A stretch of DNA of 64,000 bases from Ignavibacteria bacterium (GTDB taxonomy: Bacteria > Bacteroidota > Ignavibacteria > Ignavibacteriales > SURF-24). The translations under genes were made by a program, and so were the position numbers. The notes under the pieces were generated by a model. The model had not been told where the DNA came from. It saw only the letters and a list, made by a program, of their open reading frames with translations, and made no database searches. How positions within the stretch are numbered: position 1 is the first letter of the stretch; each line of letters opens with the position of its first letter. Shown here in pieces: positions 36,418 through 47,037 of the stretch. The stretch covers positions 40,028-104,027 of the forward strand of contig JAAXKQ010000014.1 in the NCBI GenBank assembly GCA_025612245.1, in the 5' to 3' direction.

Positions 36418-38049
36418 ATGTTCAATATTATCGGCTCAATATCATCTTTAATGGATTTTACCCGTTTTTCAAGAAAAAAGAGGTTGGAACGCCTAAGACA
36501 AGCCTGGGGGTTGCCACTTGACAGGATCCCTAATTTTGACCTCATAAAAAATTACCACGACCTGGTATCCAAAAATTCCAATGAAGAATTCGTTGACGAA
36601 AAGACATGGGCTGACCTGGATATGAATAATCTGTATTCATTGCTTGACCGAAATATAAGCGGTCCTGGAAGACAGTATCTCTATCACCTGCTTCATAAGT
36701 ACGAATCAAATGACGAATTGTTACATAAAAGAATTAAACAGGCCGAGTTCTTTAAGGCTAACCCGGAGATAAGAGAAAAAATACAACTGGCCCTGCAGAG
36801 GATGAGCAGCGACGATACCTATTTCATTATCAGCATCCTCTTAGGTGAAAAGCCGGTTATACCTAAATACCCCTGGCTAATCTACTCGTCTTCCGCTCTT
36901 TCCCTAATTTCAATACTAGCAGCATTTTACAACAGCGCTTTCTTCTTTGCAGTCTTGTTCATGTCTTTACTTAACCTTGTCATAACAAAAGTTTATTCAT
37001 CCAGGATTTATGAGTCTTTCATCGGGTTTTTCAACCTGAATAAATTGATTGCTGCGGCCTATAAGCTTTCACGTTTTGAAGCCCAAGTATCTGTAGAGCA
37101 GTTTTCAGTGCTTAAAAGGCATTGGAAAATTCTCAGTGGCCTCAACAATAAAATTCACCATCTGGTAATTGATAAAACACGGCTGGATCCCGTTGCTCAA
37201 ATGGTCATAGAATATCTGAATATGTTCTGCCTATTCGACCTGGTGGCATATACCAAATCCGTCATTGAAATTTTCAGGTATAAAGCAGAGCTTAAGGAGG
37301 TTTTTGATGCAGTAGCAAGCCTAGACGCATCTATTTCCATTTCTTCATACCTTAGCAGCATTCCTTTCTATTCTAAAGCTGAATTCAGGCCGGAAATTCA
37401 ATTATCCTTTGATGAGCTTTATCACCCGCTGCTTGATAACCCGGTGCCGAATTCTCTTGATAAGCTAAGCCGCTCGGCTCTGATTACAGGATCAAACATG
37501 GCAGGCAAAACTACATTTATTAAGTGCATCGGAATGAACGTTATTCTTTCGCAGGCGCTTGGCTTTACACTTTCTAGAAGAGCCATATTTCCCAAACTTA
37601 TTGTTAAATCTTCCATAAAAATTGAAGACAGCATTGAAGGCTCACGGAGCTACTATTTTACTGAAGTCGAGGAGATCCGAAAGCTTCTTGAGCTTGGACA
37701 AACGGGGAAGCGCTACGTTTTTATTATCGATGAAATATTCAGAGGGACCAATACAGTTGAAAGGCTTGGCATTTCTGCATCTGTGCTCCGTCGGCTAAAC
37801 CATAATAATCTTGTCCTTGTGACAACGCATGACATTGAACTCCAGGAACTGCTGGATAACAGCTTTTCAATGTACCACTTTAACGAGCAGGTTGAAGATG
37901 ACAGGTATTATTTTGATTTCAAAATAAAAGAAGGTCCCTGCTCTTCCGGCAATGCAATTAGGCTCCTGGAACTTACAGGTTATCCCTCTATTGTTACCGA
38001 AGAAGCAAGAAAGATCAGCAGCCGGATAATGAATAAAAAACGTATATAG
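36418..38049 (+). CDS. membrane-associated MutS-related ATPase (domain V only; no mismatch-binding or Smr domain)
   Basis: 543 aa. The central segment has hydrophobic helices (YPWLIYSSSALSLISILAAFY..FFFAVLFMSLLNLVI). The C-terminus carries MutS ABC-ATPase motifs ITGSNMAGKTTFIK, FIIDEIFRGTN and LVTTHD. Confidence 0.75.
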   Translation: MFNIIGSISSLMDFTRFSRKKRLERLRQAWGLPLDRIPNFDLIKNYHDLVSKNSNEEFVDEKTWADLDMNNLYSLLDRNISGPGRQYLYHLLHKYESNDELLHKRIKQAEFFKANPEIREKIQLALQRMSSDDTYFIISILLGEKPVIPKYPWLIYSSSALSLISILAAFYNSAFFFAVLFMSLLNLVITKVYSSRIYESFIGFFNLNKLIAAAYKLSRFEAQVSVEQFSVLKRHWKILSGLNNKIHHLVIDKTRLDPVAQMVIEYLNMFCLFDLVAYTKSVIEIFRYKAELKEVFDAVASLDASISISSYLSSIPFYSKAEFRPEIQLSFDELYHPLLDNPVPNSLDKLSRSALITGSNMAGKTTFIKCIGMNVILSQALGFTLSRRAIFPKLIVKSSIKIEDSIEGSRSYYFTEVEEIRKLLELGQTGKRYVFIIDEIFRGTNTVERLGISASVLRRLNHNNLVLVTTHDIELQELLDNSFSMYHFNEQVEDDRYYFDFKIKEGPCSSGNAIRLLELTGYPSIVTEEARKISSRIMNKKRI

Positions 38050-38132
38050 CGAATAAAGTCAGTAATATATTCGCTTTAACAAGAGCTTAAAAGATGTTTC
38101 ATTTTTTAGCCCGGAATTCAGCCTAAAATAAA

Positions 38133-38150
38133 TCCCGGCAAATGCCGGGA
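38133..38150. terminator. short hairpin between convergent genes
   Basis: TCCCGGC-AAAT-GCCGGGA. Confidence 0.4.
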
Positions 38151-38207
38151 TTACCTTAACATTATGCTGCAGTATTGCAGTTGTTCGTCATTTATATGAA
38201 ACGGTTA

Positions 38208-38567
38208 CTAAACCGGCCTTTTCACTACTACATAAGACATTTCGCGCGGGAAGTACATATAGTATGTGCCGCCATAAATATAATAGGTTTCTTTTCTTAT
38301 CTTTACCATTTCATATCCATGAGGAAGGTAAGTCACTCTGGCGCCAACAGGAGCGTCTATCCTTATGTATCCCTTGGGACTCTTGCTGAAAAAAAGTCCT
38401 TCCCTGTAAAAATAATGCCTGTCCCTTATTATAATCTCCCTGTAGCCGTGGTGATTTTGCTTTATTACTACTCTCCGGTGCTGAGCGTTGATGTCCTGGT
38501 TCAAGGCAAACATAATTATAACCGTAAAGAAAACCAGTGCACTTAGCTTAAAGAATTTAGCTTTCAT
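38208..38567 (-). CDS. small secreted protein, hypothetical
   Basis: 119 aa with a signal peptide. Tyr/Arg-rich repeats (YFYREG, YYIYGGTYYMY). Confidence 0.45.
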   Translation of the reverse strand: MKAKFFKLSALVFFTVIIMFALNQDINAQHRRVVIKQNHHGYREIIIRDRHYFYREGLFFSKSPKGYIRIDAPVGARVTYLPHGYEMVKIRKETYYIYGGTYYMYFPREMSYVVVKRPV

Positions 38568-38879
38568 AGTTTTACCTCATATTTAATAGTACGCCTGAAT
38601 TTTTGCGTCGGCCATCGGCCTGCATATCTGATGAAGAATCCTCATGTTTTAATAGAACTTTGTGTCATTGTTCTCACCTATTGGACAACCCGGTGGCAGA
38701 AAAAAGTTTAATTGTATGTATGAATAAAATTACTTCCGGTCCTGCGCCCGGAATGCCTCTCCGGTTTTCACACCTTTGATTTCTTTTTACAGTTTCCAGC
38801 TCCGGACTAATAGGACTTTAATCGGAAATTATCTATTTTTCGCAACAGGAATGTCTTAATAGCTTTAGAACCCGGCAAC

Positions 38880-39677
38880 ATGAATAATTACAGTATACAT
38901 GAGTTCCCCAAATCCAGAATTGCTACAATTGATGTTGGGGCAGTCGGAAAACAAAAGCACCACATGTGCGCCTTACTGGAATGTGACGTTACTGAGAGCC
39001 GGCTTAAAATTAAAGCTCTGAAGTCTCGCGGCAATGTCATTTCTTTTACCGGCTGGCTGCTTAAAACCATTTGCTCCACGCTTAAAGATCACAGTCAGGC
39101 CGCGGCATTTTTGTCGGGCCGGAAAAGAATCATCATTTTCAACGACGTCAACGTATCGATACTGGTTGAAAAAAGCCTGGAGGGATCCAGGGTACCCATT
39201 CCACTGGTAATTGAGCAGGCCGATAAGAAAAGCATGCAGGAAATCACAAAAGAAATTGAAAGCGCAAAGGATGAAGAGCTCAACAGCCGGTCAATTGTGC
39301 TCAAAAAGAAAACCAGCCTTTCGGAAAGCCTTTATTATTATCTCCCGGGATTCATCAGGAGGTATGTTTGGCGATTCATGCTACGGCATCCCCGGATTGT
39401 GTACAAGAAAATGGGAAACGTCGCCTTTACTTCTGTTGGAATGTTCGGACAGGTAAGGGGCTGGTTTATTCATACTTCCGTACATCCTCTTTCTTTCGGG
39501 GTTGGATCTGTAGTCAAGAAGCCCGAAGTAATAAATAATGAAATAAAGATCCGCGAAATGCTTCAGCTGACGGTTTTAATTGACCACGACGTAATTGATG
39601 GCGCCCCAATGTTCAGGTTCATTGGCGAGCTCGTAAAGTCAATTGAAAACGGACGCGAACTGCAGATGGATTCATGA
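38880..39677 (+). CDS. stand-alone 2-oxoacid dehydrogenase acyltransferase (E2) catalytic-domain protein
   Basis: 265 aa. The active-site motif LIDHDVIDGAPMFRF (DHRxxDG type) lies near the C-terminus. No lipoyl or E3-binding domains. Confidence 0.7.
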   Translation: MNNYSIHEFPKSRIATIDVGAVGKQKHHMCALLECDVTESRLKIKALKSRGNVISFTGWLLKTICSTLKDHSQAAAFLSGRKRIIIFNDVNVSILVEKSLEGSRVPIPLVIEQADKKSMQEITKEIESAKDEELNSRSIVLKKKTSLSESLYYYLPGFIRRYVWRFMLRHPRIVYKKMGNVAFTSVGMFGQVRGWFIHTSVHPLSFGVGSVVKKPEVINNEIKIREMLQLTVLIDHDVIDGAPMFRFIGELVKSIENGRELQMDS

Positions 39678-39837
39678 AAAAAGAATTCTGGTTTTTCCGG
39701 CTTTCCTCTTTACTTTTGTACCCGGAAATAGTTTTCTTTCCTTCTTCCCTCTCATGGTATGGATACTGCCTTTACTTTTTTATTATATTAGCACACCAAA
39801 TCTTAACTCATTTGTGCAATTCCGGAGGCAGTATTTT

Positions 39838-40278
39838 ATGGAAAGGCCGTTGTACCCGGCAGCAATTCATCTTTTCTTCAGGAAAAACGGAGAGATTCTT
39901 TTACTCAGGCGCTTTAACACCGGCTATGAGGATGGGAACTACAGTGTAGTTGCAGGACATATAGAGCCCGGTGAATCCGCAACACAGGCAGGGATTCGTG
40001 AGGCGAAAGAGGAAGTAGGAGTAAGGATTGACCCCAGGAACCTAAAAATTCACGGAATCATGCATAGATACTCCAACGGCGAAAGAATTGATTTCTTTGC
40101 CTTTGTAGACACTTGGGAAGGAGAGGTTTCGAACATGGAGCCAAATAAATGCGACCGGCTTCTGTGGGCTCATAAAGAATGCCTGCCCCAAAATACCATT
40201 CCTTATATCAGAAGAGCCCTCCGGCTTTCAGATGGCCAAATCTGGTATGATGAATCCGGATGGGAAGAAATTTCTTAA
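39838..40278 (+). CDS. NUDIX hydrolase
   Basis: The ATG at 39838 is preceded by GGAGG. The Nudix box is GHIEPGESATQAGIREAKEEVGV. The long N-terminal ORF extension is rejected. Confidence 0.8.
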   Translation: MERPLYPAAIHLFFRKNGEILLLRRFNTGYEDGNYSVVAGHIEPGESATQAGIREAKEEVGVRIDPRNLKIHGIMHRYSNGERIDFFAFVDTWEGEVSNMEPNKCDRLLWAHKECLPQNTIPYIRRALRLSDGQIWYDESGWEEIS

Positions 40279-40281
40279 CTA

Positions 40282-40872
40282 CTAAAGCGAGGGATCTCCA
40301 AACCTTTCATAATGCATACCCCGGTATTTTAGCAATACTACGCCCGAGGTGAATGTATGAGTCTCTTGGAGACGCAATTTAATTTTGTTTTTCAACTCGC
40401 CAAACATAGGCTTTCCTGAACCAACTATTATGGGATGGACATAAAGCCAGTACTCATCTATTAAATTATGGTTCATTAACGCCCGGGCTAATGCGGCGCC
40501 TGAGACACTCATGGTTCCTTCCTTCTGCTCTTTAAGCTTCTTCACCTCTTTTTCAATTTCGCCGCTGCAAAGCCTTGAATTCCAGCTCACCTCTTTAAGA
40601 GTCTTCGAAAACACTATCTTCGGTTTCTCTTTCCATATCCTGGCATATTCAATTTCCACCATTGGCGCCTTTGGGTTCTTATCGGCCACGGGCCAGTAAG
40701 CCGCCATGTTCTCGTACATGTTGCGGCCATAAAGATATACATCTATTCTGGCTTCCTGGCTGTTAAAGAACCTGTGCAATTCCTCGTCGGGATAAAGCCA
40801 GCTGAAATCCCCGTCTGCGGCTTCAATAAAGCCGTCGAGCGATACAGACATTGCATAAATTATTTTTCGCAT
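40282..40872 (-). CDS. dihydrofolate-reductase-like (RibD C-terminal domain) family protein
   Basis: 196 aa. MRKIIYAMSVSLDGFIE...YLYGRNMYE...WLYVHPIIVGSGKPMF is typical of this family. Confidence 0.7.
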   Translation of the reverse strand: MRKIIYAMSVSLDGFIEAADGDFSWLYPDEELHRFFNSQEARIDVYLYGRNMYENMAAYWPVADKNPKAPMVEIEYARIWKEKPKIVFSKTLKEVSWNSRLCSGEIEKEVKKLKEQKEGTMSVSGAALARALMNHNLIDEYWLYVHPIIVGSGKPMFGELKNKIKLRLQETHTFTSGVVLLKYRGMHYERFGDPSL

Positions 40873-41161
40873 TCTTTTACTATTGAAATCTTTTTAGATG
40901 CTACTGCTTGAAAATTGCCATCCACAGTTTTCTTTTGGCGACTTAATTATAAATTGAAAATTCCCGGAATAAATTACAAGCAACTTCCATGAATACAAAA
41001 AGTAAGACGGGCCTATCCCACATTCAGGACCATTACCTTTTCTCCTTGTTTGATAGTTCTTAAATTAGTATTCTTTCTGTAAATGCAATAAAAGGCATTA
41101 CGCGCAAAATCTGATTCCGGAGATCCGGGAGTAAGATCCGGAAAAAGCAGGAGGATGGAGT

Positions 41162-41998
41162 ATGGAAGGCAGCCTAAAGGGAAAAACAATTATTATTACC
41201 GGGGGCAGTTCCGGCATCGGCGCTGCCGCGGCAAAGGCACTGAGCGGCAAAGGTGCTGAGGTTATAATTACAGGGCGTTCCCAACAGACAAAAGTAATAG
41301 CAGAAGAGATTGGCAGCAGCTATTTCATTGTAGATTATTCAAGGTTTTCCGAAATCAGGAATTTTGCACAAAGCCTTCTGGATAAGTATCCGCACATTGA
41401 CGTCCTTGTAAACAACGTTGGCGGAATTATTCCCGAAAGACGCATCACTCCCGACGGGCACGAAATGACTTTCCAGGTAAATCACCTTTCGGGCTTCCTC
41501 CTTACCAGCCTTTTGCGCAAAAGACTCGAAGAATCTAAAGCCGTTGTTATTAATACTTCAAGCGGCGCACATCTGTATGGCCGCATGGATTTTGACGACC
41601 TGGAATCGGAGAAAGACTATAACGCCATGCGTGTCTATGCGAATTCCAAGATGATGAATATTCTTCATGCGATGGAAATAACAAAGCGTTTCAGAAATGT
41701 AAGTGCCGTGTCGTTTCACCCTGGGGGTGTTGCGACCTCGTTTGCACGCGAGTTCAGCGGCTTCATGAAGTTTATTTATAGTTCACCTTTTAAGGGTGCC
41801 TATCTTATCTCCCCGTTAAAAGGAGCCAATACACTCCTTTGGCTAATTGACGGAAGACCCGTGCAGGACTGGATGCCGGGCGGATATTATTACAAAAGAA
41901 AGCCCGGGCGCAAAAACCGTCAGGTTACACCGGCTGCAGCACTGAGGCTCTGGGAAGTTTCCGCAAAGCTTACCGGTAGCGAAACTCAGCAATTGTAA
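41162..41998 (+). CDS. short-chain dehydrogenase/reductase
   Basis: 278 aa with TGGSSGIGAAAA, NNVG and catalytic YANSK. Confidence 0.85.
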   Translation: MEGSLKGKTIIITGGSSGIGAAAAKALSGKGAEVIITGRSQQTKVIAEEIGSSYFIVDYSRFSEIRNFAQSLLDKYPHIDVLVNNVGGIIPERRITPDGHEMTFQVNHLSGFLLTSLLRKRLEESKAVVINTSSGAHLYGRMDFDDLESEKDYNAMRVYANSKMMNILHAMEITKRFRNVSAVSFHPGGVATSFAREFSGFMKFIYSSPFKGAYLISPLKGANTLLWLIDGRPVQDWMPGGYYYKRKPGRKNRQVTPAAALRLWEVSAKLTGSETQQL

Positions 41999-42183
41999 TA
42001 AACATAAAATGTGCTTATATTTTGCACTGTCTTTTCATCATTAATTTTATAAAATAGAATTCATATGTATTCAGTTCGGTTAAAATAACAACGAATAACA
42101 AAGCTTGTTTACTGCACCCTTTCTGCATTGGAAGCTGGAAAGGTGTGTTATTTTGTTTTATTTAAATCGAATTAAGGAGATAT

Positions 42184-43479
42184 ATGAATTTTAATACATC
42201 CAAAGAATCCCACGAAACTCACTGGAAAAGAATCTTTTATCCCATTTGGACCGGACAGGCATTCTCACTCATCAGCAGTGCGGCGGTACAGTTTGCACTC
42301 ATCTGGTGGCTTACTACAGAAACCAAATCTGCAATGGTACTTTCAGTTGCTTCAATTGCAGCGCTTTTTCCGCAGGCAATTCTGGGTCCCATAATCGGCA
42401 CACTGGTCGACCGTCATAACCGCAAAATGATAATGATTAGCTCCGACCTCTCGATTGCCTTTGCCACTCTTATACTTGGCGCCGTGTTCGCATTTGGTTC
42501 TGTTCAGGTATGGATGATCTTTACACTGCTTGTGGTGCGCTCAATCGGCTCTGCATTTCATACCACGTCCTTCCAGTCATCTGTGCCCCTGTTTGTTCCC
42601 GAAGATCAGCTCATGCGCGTCTCGGGGCTGAATAATACAATTTATTCGGCATCTAACATTGCAGGGCCCGCACTTGCAGGAATTATGATAGCCGCCATGC
42701 CCATGCAATATATTGTTCTGGTGGATGTTGCCGGTGCATGCATAGCAACTTCAACACTTGCATTCGTAAAGCTCCCGCAGCCGGTAAGAAATGAAAGCGA
42801 AAAGAAAGGGATGATTTACGAAATGAAATTCGGCTTCAGCGAACTTGCAAAATCCAGGGGACTCATGATGGTTTCCCTGGTAATTGGAGTAGTTACCCTG
42901 GTAATTGTTCCGGTCGGAGCCCTTTTCCCCCTTATGGTAAATGGCTATTTCAAGGGGAGTGCAACCCAGGCCAGTATCGTTGAAGTGGCATTCGGTTCCG
43001 GAATGCTTTTAGGTTCTCTGCTTTTGAGCCTCTGGGGAGGTTTTAGAAAGAAAGTAAATACAATTAATACTGCAATAATACTACTCGGGGCAACACTAAT
43101 TGGATCTGGGTTATTGCCCTCAAGCGGATACATTGGATTTGTGGCAATCACATTACTGATGGGGCTATCGGGCCCGCTCTTCGGAGGGCCTTATACCGTG
43201 TTGTTTCAGACATTAATCGCTCCTTCGGTAATGGGACGCGTGCTTTCTATAGTCAACAGCATGATGCTTATCCTAACCCCTATCGGTCTCTTTATTGCAG
43301 GACCAATATCGGATTTATTGGGACTTCCATTCTGGTTCCTGATGTCCGGTATTCTCATTACGCTTACAGGAATAGCGGGCTTTTTTATAAAATCAATTAA
43401 GGATCTTGAAAATACCGGTAAGCATAGTCACCAAGAAACATCACTGGAAGCACAAGCTGACCGGGATCAGATCATCTAG
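42184..43479 (+). CDS. MFS transporter (MFS_3/efflux-type)
   Basis: 431 aa with about 12 TM helices and an LVDRHNRKMIM loop motif. Confidence 0.8.
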   Translation: MNFNTSKESHETHWKRIFYPIWTGQAFSLISSAAVQFALIWWLTTETKSAMVLSVASIAALFPQAILGPIIGTLVDRHNRKMIMISSDLSIAFATLILGAVFAFGSVQVWMIFTLLVVRSIGSAFHTTSFQSSVPLFVPEDQLMRVSGLNNTIYSASNIAGPALAGIMIAAMPMQYIVLVDVAGACIATSTLAFVKLPQPVRNESEKKGMIYEMKFGFSELAKSRGLMMVSLVIGVVTLVIVPVGALFPLMVNGYFKGSATQASIVEVAFGSGMLLGSLLLSLWGGFRKKVNTINTAIILLGATLIGSGLLPSSGYIGFVAITLLMGLSGPLFGGPYTVLFQTLIAPSVMGRVLSIVNSMMLILTPIGLFIAGPISDLLGLPFWFLMSGILITLTGIAGFFIKSIKDLENTGKHSHQETSLEAQADRDQII

Positions 43480-43538
43480 CTTTCTTTTGTTGAAGGAGAG
43501 AGGCTACTTTCCTCTCTCCATTTATAATTTGCAAGTGT

Positions 43539-44396
43539 CTAGTCTTTTCCATCCACATACTTGCCATGCTCGGGAATGGCAATTTTGTCGAATTCACGAG
43601 CAAGCCTTCCTAAGCCTTCCGAGAGCTCTTCACCCTGCATTGCCTGTCCATGGCCTGTAACGGCAACACGCGGCTGCAGACTTTCAAGCTTCCTCACGGA
43701 ATCCCACGCCGCCTGCCAGTCGGTTGTAAGATAATTCGGTGGCCCATTTATTTCCGCCTTCTGCATTAGAACTTTATAAAGGGAATCCTGCCTTACGGTT
43801 ACAAAAGCATCTCCTGCAATCATCGTCCGGTCGCTTTTTCGGAAGAAAGATACGTGTCCCGGGGAATGCCCGGGCGTATGAACCCACTCCCAGCCCGGCA
43901 TGTAAGGAACCGTGTGATCTTCAGGAAGCGGAAGCAGCACTTCCTTAATGTTGACCGGTTCAATTGGATAGACGGAGGATAATTTTGCCAGTATGCCTCC
44001 GCCCTGCACTTTAGGATCCGGCTCCGGATAAGCCATTTGCCCGGTTAAATAAGGGAACTCCAGAGGATGCGCATAAACCGGCACCTGGTAGTCCTTTATT
44101 AGGTTGACTATGCTGCCAACGTGGTCAAAGTGCCCGTGTGTAAGAACAATTGCCGAGGGCCGGCTGTTTCTTCCAAACCTTTCTGCTGCAGAGGAAAGTA
44201 TTTCTTTTGCCGATTTAGGCATTCCGGCATCAATCAGAACCCAGTTATTCTGACCGGGAAAGCCCACCATCTCAATATTTACTATCTGGTTTGTATAATA
44301 ATAAACATCAGGCCTCACTTCCCTTCCCTTGCCGCTTGAAACCGATGTCATGGGTATAGCTTTATTGTCTTCGCTCTGATGCATTTCTTCATTCAT
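43539..44396 (-). CDS. MBL-fold metallo-hydrolase
   Basis: 285 aa. Carries VLTHGHFDHVG (HxHxDH) plus downstream HTPGHSPGH. Confidence 0.8.
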   Translation of the reverse strand: MNEEMHQSEDNKAIPMTSVSSGKGREVRPDVYYYTNQIVNIEMVGFPGQNNWVLIDAGMPKSAKEILSSAAERFGRNSRPSAIVLTHGHFDHVGSIVNLIKDYQVPVYAHPLEFPYLTGQMAYPEPDPKVQGGGILAKLSSVYPIEPVNIKEVLLPLPEDHTVPYMPGWEWVHTPGHSPGHVSFFRKSDRTMIAGDAFVTVRQDSLYKVLMQKAEINGPPNYLTTDWQAAWDSVRKLESLQPRVAVTGHGQAMQGEELSEGLGRLAREFDKIAIPEHGKYVDGKD

Positions 44397-44681
44397 AAAT
44401 CAAACACTCCTATCTCCAGGTCTAAATTCAAAAGTATAACCAGCATAATAATATCAATTAGCCTCCCGGTTCACCAAGTCATATCGCGCATAGCCGTGGG
44501 CTTTTCGCTACTATTAGCGTATCTTTTTATTCTAAGTATTGGGTTCTATATATTCAAGGCTTTTGTTTATGGGGGCAGAGCAGGCACAGCTTATAGCACC
44601 ACCATGTAAAGCATTAGTTTACTTAATGCGGCAATTGCCATCAGGCAGATGGCATTTAGATCTGAGTTATTTAATGACACA

Positions 44682-45443
44682 TCACTTTTTTGTTACGACC
44701 GGTGCAAACCAGTCCAGTATGTCATAGCTGCGTTCAACTTTTTTTTCTATCCTGTTGGGCAGACCGGGGAAGAAGTCAACTCCGGTTATTTTTTCAACCG
44801 AATCAACCGCCACCGCAAAATGCGCCAAAGAATCGTTGCTGCCGGCATTGGGAAGAATAAAACCAATAGCCTTTGGCTTCTGCCCTTTTCTGTAATCGAG
44901 TATCACTTTATAAAATCCCCACGGAACGGCAACATGGTTTTTCTTTCCGATATACTTCATGCTGTCCTTAAATACCGGTCCGGTTACTACGTATATCAGG
45001 CTGTCTTGCCCGGCCCAGGTTCTTACGGACTCTTCCAGCTTCGACCACACTCCCCGGTTAAACGACGGCTCCTGAGGAGACATGTTGGACATAAGAAAGC
45101 ATTCCTTCATCAGTACCGGAGATGACTTCATATCGGCTGCGGGGCAAAGGTGGCCCTTGTCGTAGCCCGATTTTTCATAATCCTTTGCCGTAGCTGAACC
45201 GGTTGGAACAAGTGTATCGGCAACAAACTTATTTGTACGTTTCATCGGACCTGTGAGCATATCGCGTGAAAGCTTATATGCAACCCATTCGGGCTGCTCA
45301 TAATTTTCTATATAAGAGAGCGTATAAGCCGTGTGTCTTATGATTTCAGTATTGCATGAATGCGGGAGGTAATCAAATTCCTGCGCAAGTGATATGGCTG
45401 AAAATAAAAATAAAAGCATTAAAGAGGTGAACAGATTCCTCAT
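44682..45443 (-). CDS. secreted DNA/RNA non-specific endonuclease (NUC/EndoG-Serratia family)
   Basis: 253 aa with a signal peptide. Active-site motifs are GYDKGHLCPAAD and SNMSPQEPSFNRGVW. Confidence 0.8.
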   Translation of the reverse strand: MRNLFTSLMLLFLFSAISLAQEFDYLPHSCNTEIIRHTAYTLSYIENYEQPEWVAYKLSRDMLTGPMKRTNKFVADTLVPTGSATAKDYEKSGYDKGHLCPAADMKSSPVLMKECFLMSNMSPQEPSFNRGVWSKLEESVRTWAGQDSLIYVVTGPVFKDSMKYIGKKNHVAVPWGFYKVILDYRKGQKPKAIGFILPNAGSNDSLAHFAVAVDSVEKITGVDFFPGLPNRIEKKVERSYDILDWFAPVVTKK

Positions 45444-45727
45444 ATGACTCTCCGGTTTTACAAGTAACTTTTCAAATAACGTAAAAACAACTTAAAATCT
45501 GAATGGTTAATTGTCAAGAAATAACCAGGCCTTTTTACCCATGCTCCTTAAAATTCTCGGATGAACTCCTGCTGCCTAAATTTGCAAAATAAATCGTCTC
45601 TAGTCACTATTTTAATTCATATGCTCCTAAAGAATTACCAAATTCAGGATTGCACATGTTTGATCCCGGGTGTATATTCAGGTGCAAAGTTTATTTCTCA
45701 TTTCGTATTATTTTGGGAGAATTTAAT

Positions 45728-46903
45728 GTGAAAAAAAGTTTATTCATCTTAATTCCTTGCCTCATTGCACTTTTCATTACAGGGTGCACATCCACCTATA
45801 TGAAAAAAGATTATGCTTCAAAATCAATATTCTATAACGAGATTAATGAAAAATCCGCCCCAGCCGATCTTATTATGAAGGATGGTTCCGTCATTTCCGC
45901 AGATAATGTGAAAATTGCGGGAGACTCTCTGAAATTGGATGCTTCTGATGTTGCCGGAAAGGCAGCTCTCCCGCTTAAGGAGGTAAAGGCAATTTCTTAT
46001 TCGCATCACTGGGGAAGCAACGTCTTAATGGGCGCATTAGGCGGAATGTTTGTAGGTGCGGCAGTCTCAAGCGTGCTTTTAGATGACGAGGTTAATAACA
46101 CAAGACATAGCGAGTATATGTCTGGCAATTGGGATGAGCCAGTATCTCCGGTCGTCCCGGGCGCTCTTGCAGGAATTTTGGCCGGCGGCATTGTTGGATT
46201 TGTTGCCGGTAACCTCGATTATTTTGTCCTTGACGATTCCTTTTCCGGGAATGACCTGAGAAGCCTAAATGCACCGCACAATTTTGGTATTAAAATTGGC
46301 GGGCATGCAAATCTTACTAAACGGTCTGATGATTATTATTACAAGACAAGACTCACCATAAAGGGTACCCCGTCCATGGCGGTTTCTTTCTTTTATAATT
46401 ATCCTTTTAACCCACTCTTCTCCGTTACCAGTGAGCTTTCGTATCTTTATTCAAGCTCAAAGACAGATTTTACGGTGATTATCCCGGGTGAAATCGAGAG
46501 TTTCGTGGCAAGCGGAAAAACTAAAGAGACCTTAAGCATACTTGAAATTGCCCCAACAGCAAGAATTAACCTGATGAAGTCGCCTCTGACTCCCTACCTG
46601 CTGCTAGGCCCCAAAATTGATTTTCTATTTCCCGGGAATAAAGGCTTGAGCAATTCCCTGGATGATATAAAATCCCGGTATTATGCTTCCAGCACCACTC
46701 TTTCAGCCGAATACAGTAATGTTGTCTGGGGGGCAGTGTTAGCTGCAGGCTTCTCTACAGGAAATATTTTCCCGGTGGAACTTCTCATTGAAGGTAGGTT
46801 TAATCTGGATTTTAACAAGCGTATTACGGTGCACAATGGTCTGGATAATGTCGAACTAAAATATAGTGAGTTTCAGCTGAATCTAGGTGCTGCAATTTTC
46901 TAG
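45728..46903 (+). CDS. lipoprotein with C-terminal beta-barrel-like region, hypothetical
   Basis: GTG at 45728 with a GGGAGA RBS. Lipobox LFITGC. The C-terminal half shows alternating beta pattern ending ...LNLGAAIF. Confidence 0.45.
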   Translation: MKKSLFILIPCLIALFITGCTSTYMKKDYASKSIFYNEINEKSAPADLIMKDGSVISADNVKIAGDSLKLDASDVAGKAALPLKEVKAISYSHHWGSNVLMGALGGMFVGAAVSSVLLDDEVNNTRHSEYMSGNWDEPVSPVVPGALAGILAGGIVGFVAGNLDYFVLDDSFSGNDLRSLNAPHNFGIKIGGHANLTKRSDDYYYKTRLTIKGTPSMAVSFFYNYPFNPLFSVTSELSYLYSSSKTDFTVIIPGEIESFVASGKTKETLSILEIAPTARINLMKSPLTPYLLLGPKIDFLFPGNKGLSNSLDDIKSRYYASSTTLSAEYSNVVWGAVLAAGFSTGNIFPVELLIEGRFNLDFNKRITVHNGLDNVELKYSEFQLNLGAAIF

Positions 46904-47037
46904 AAGACTTTGCAAAAGCATTAAGCTATTTTCTGCTGTCTTCAGTGCATTAGTCACACACACTTTTACTGAAAATTATATGCTGCATGCGGGCCGGCTC
47001 CTCTGCCCAGGCCCGCATGGAAAATTTATAGTCTTTT

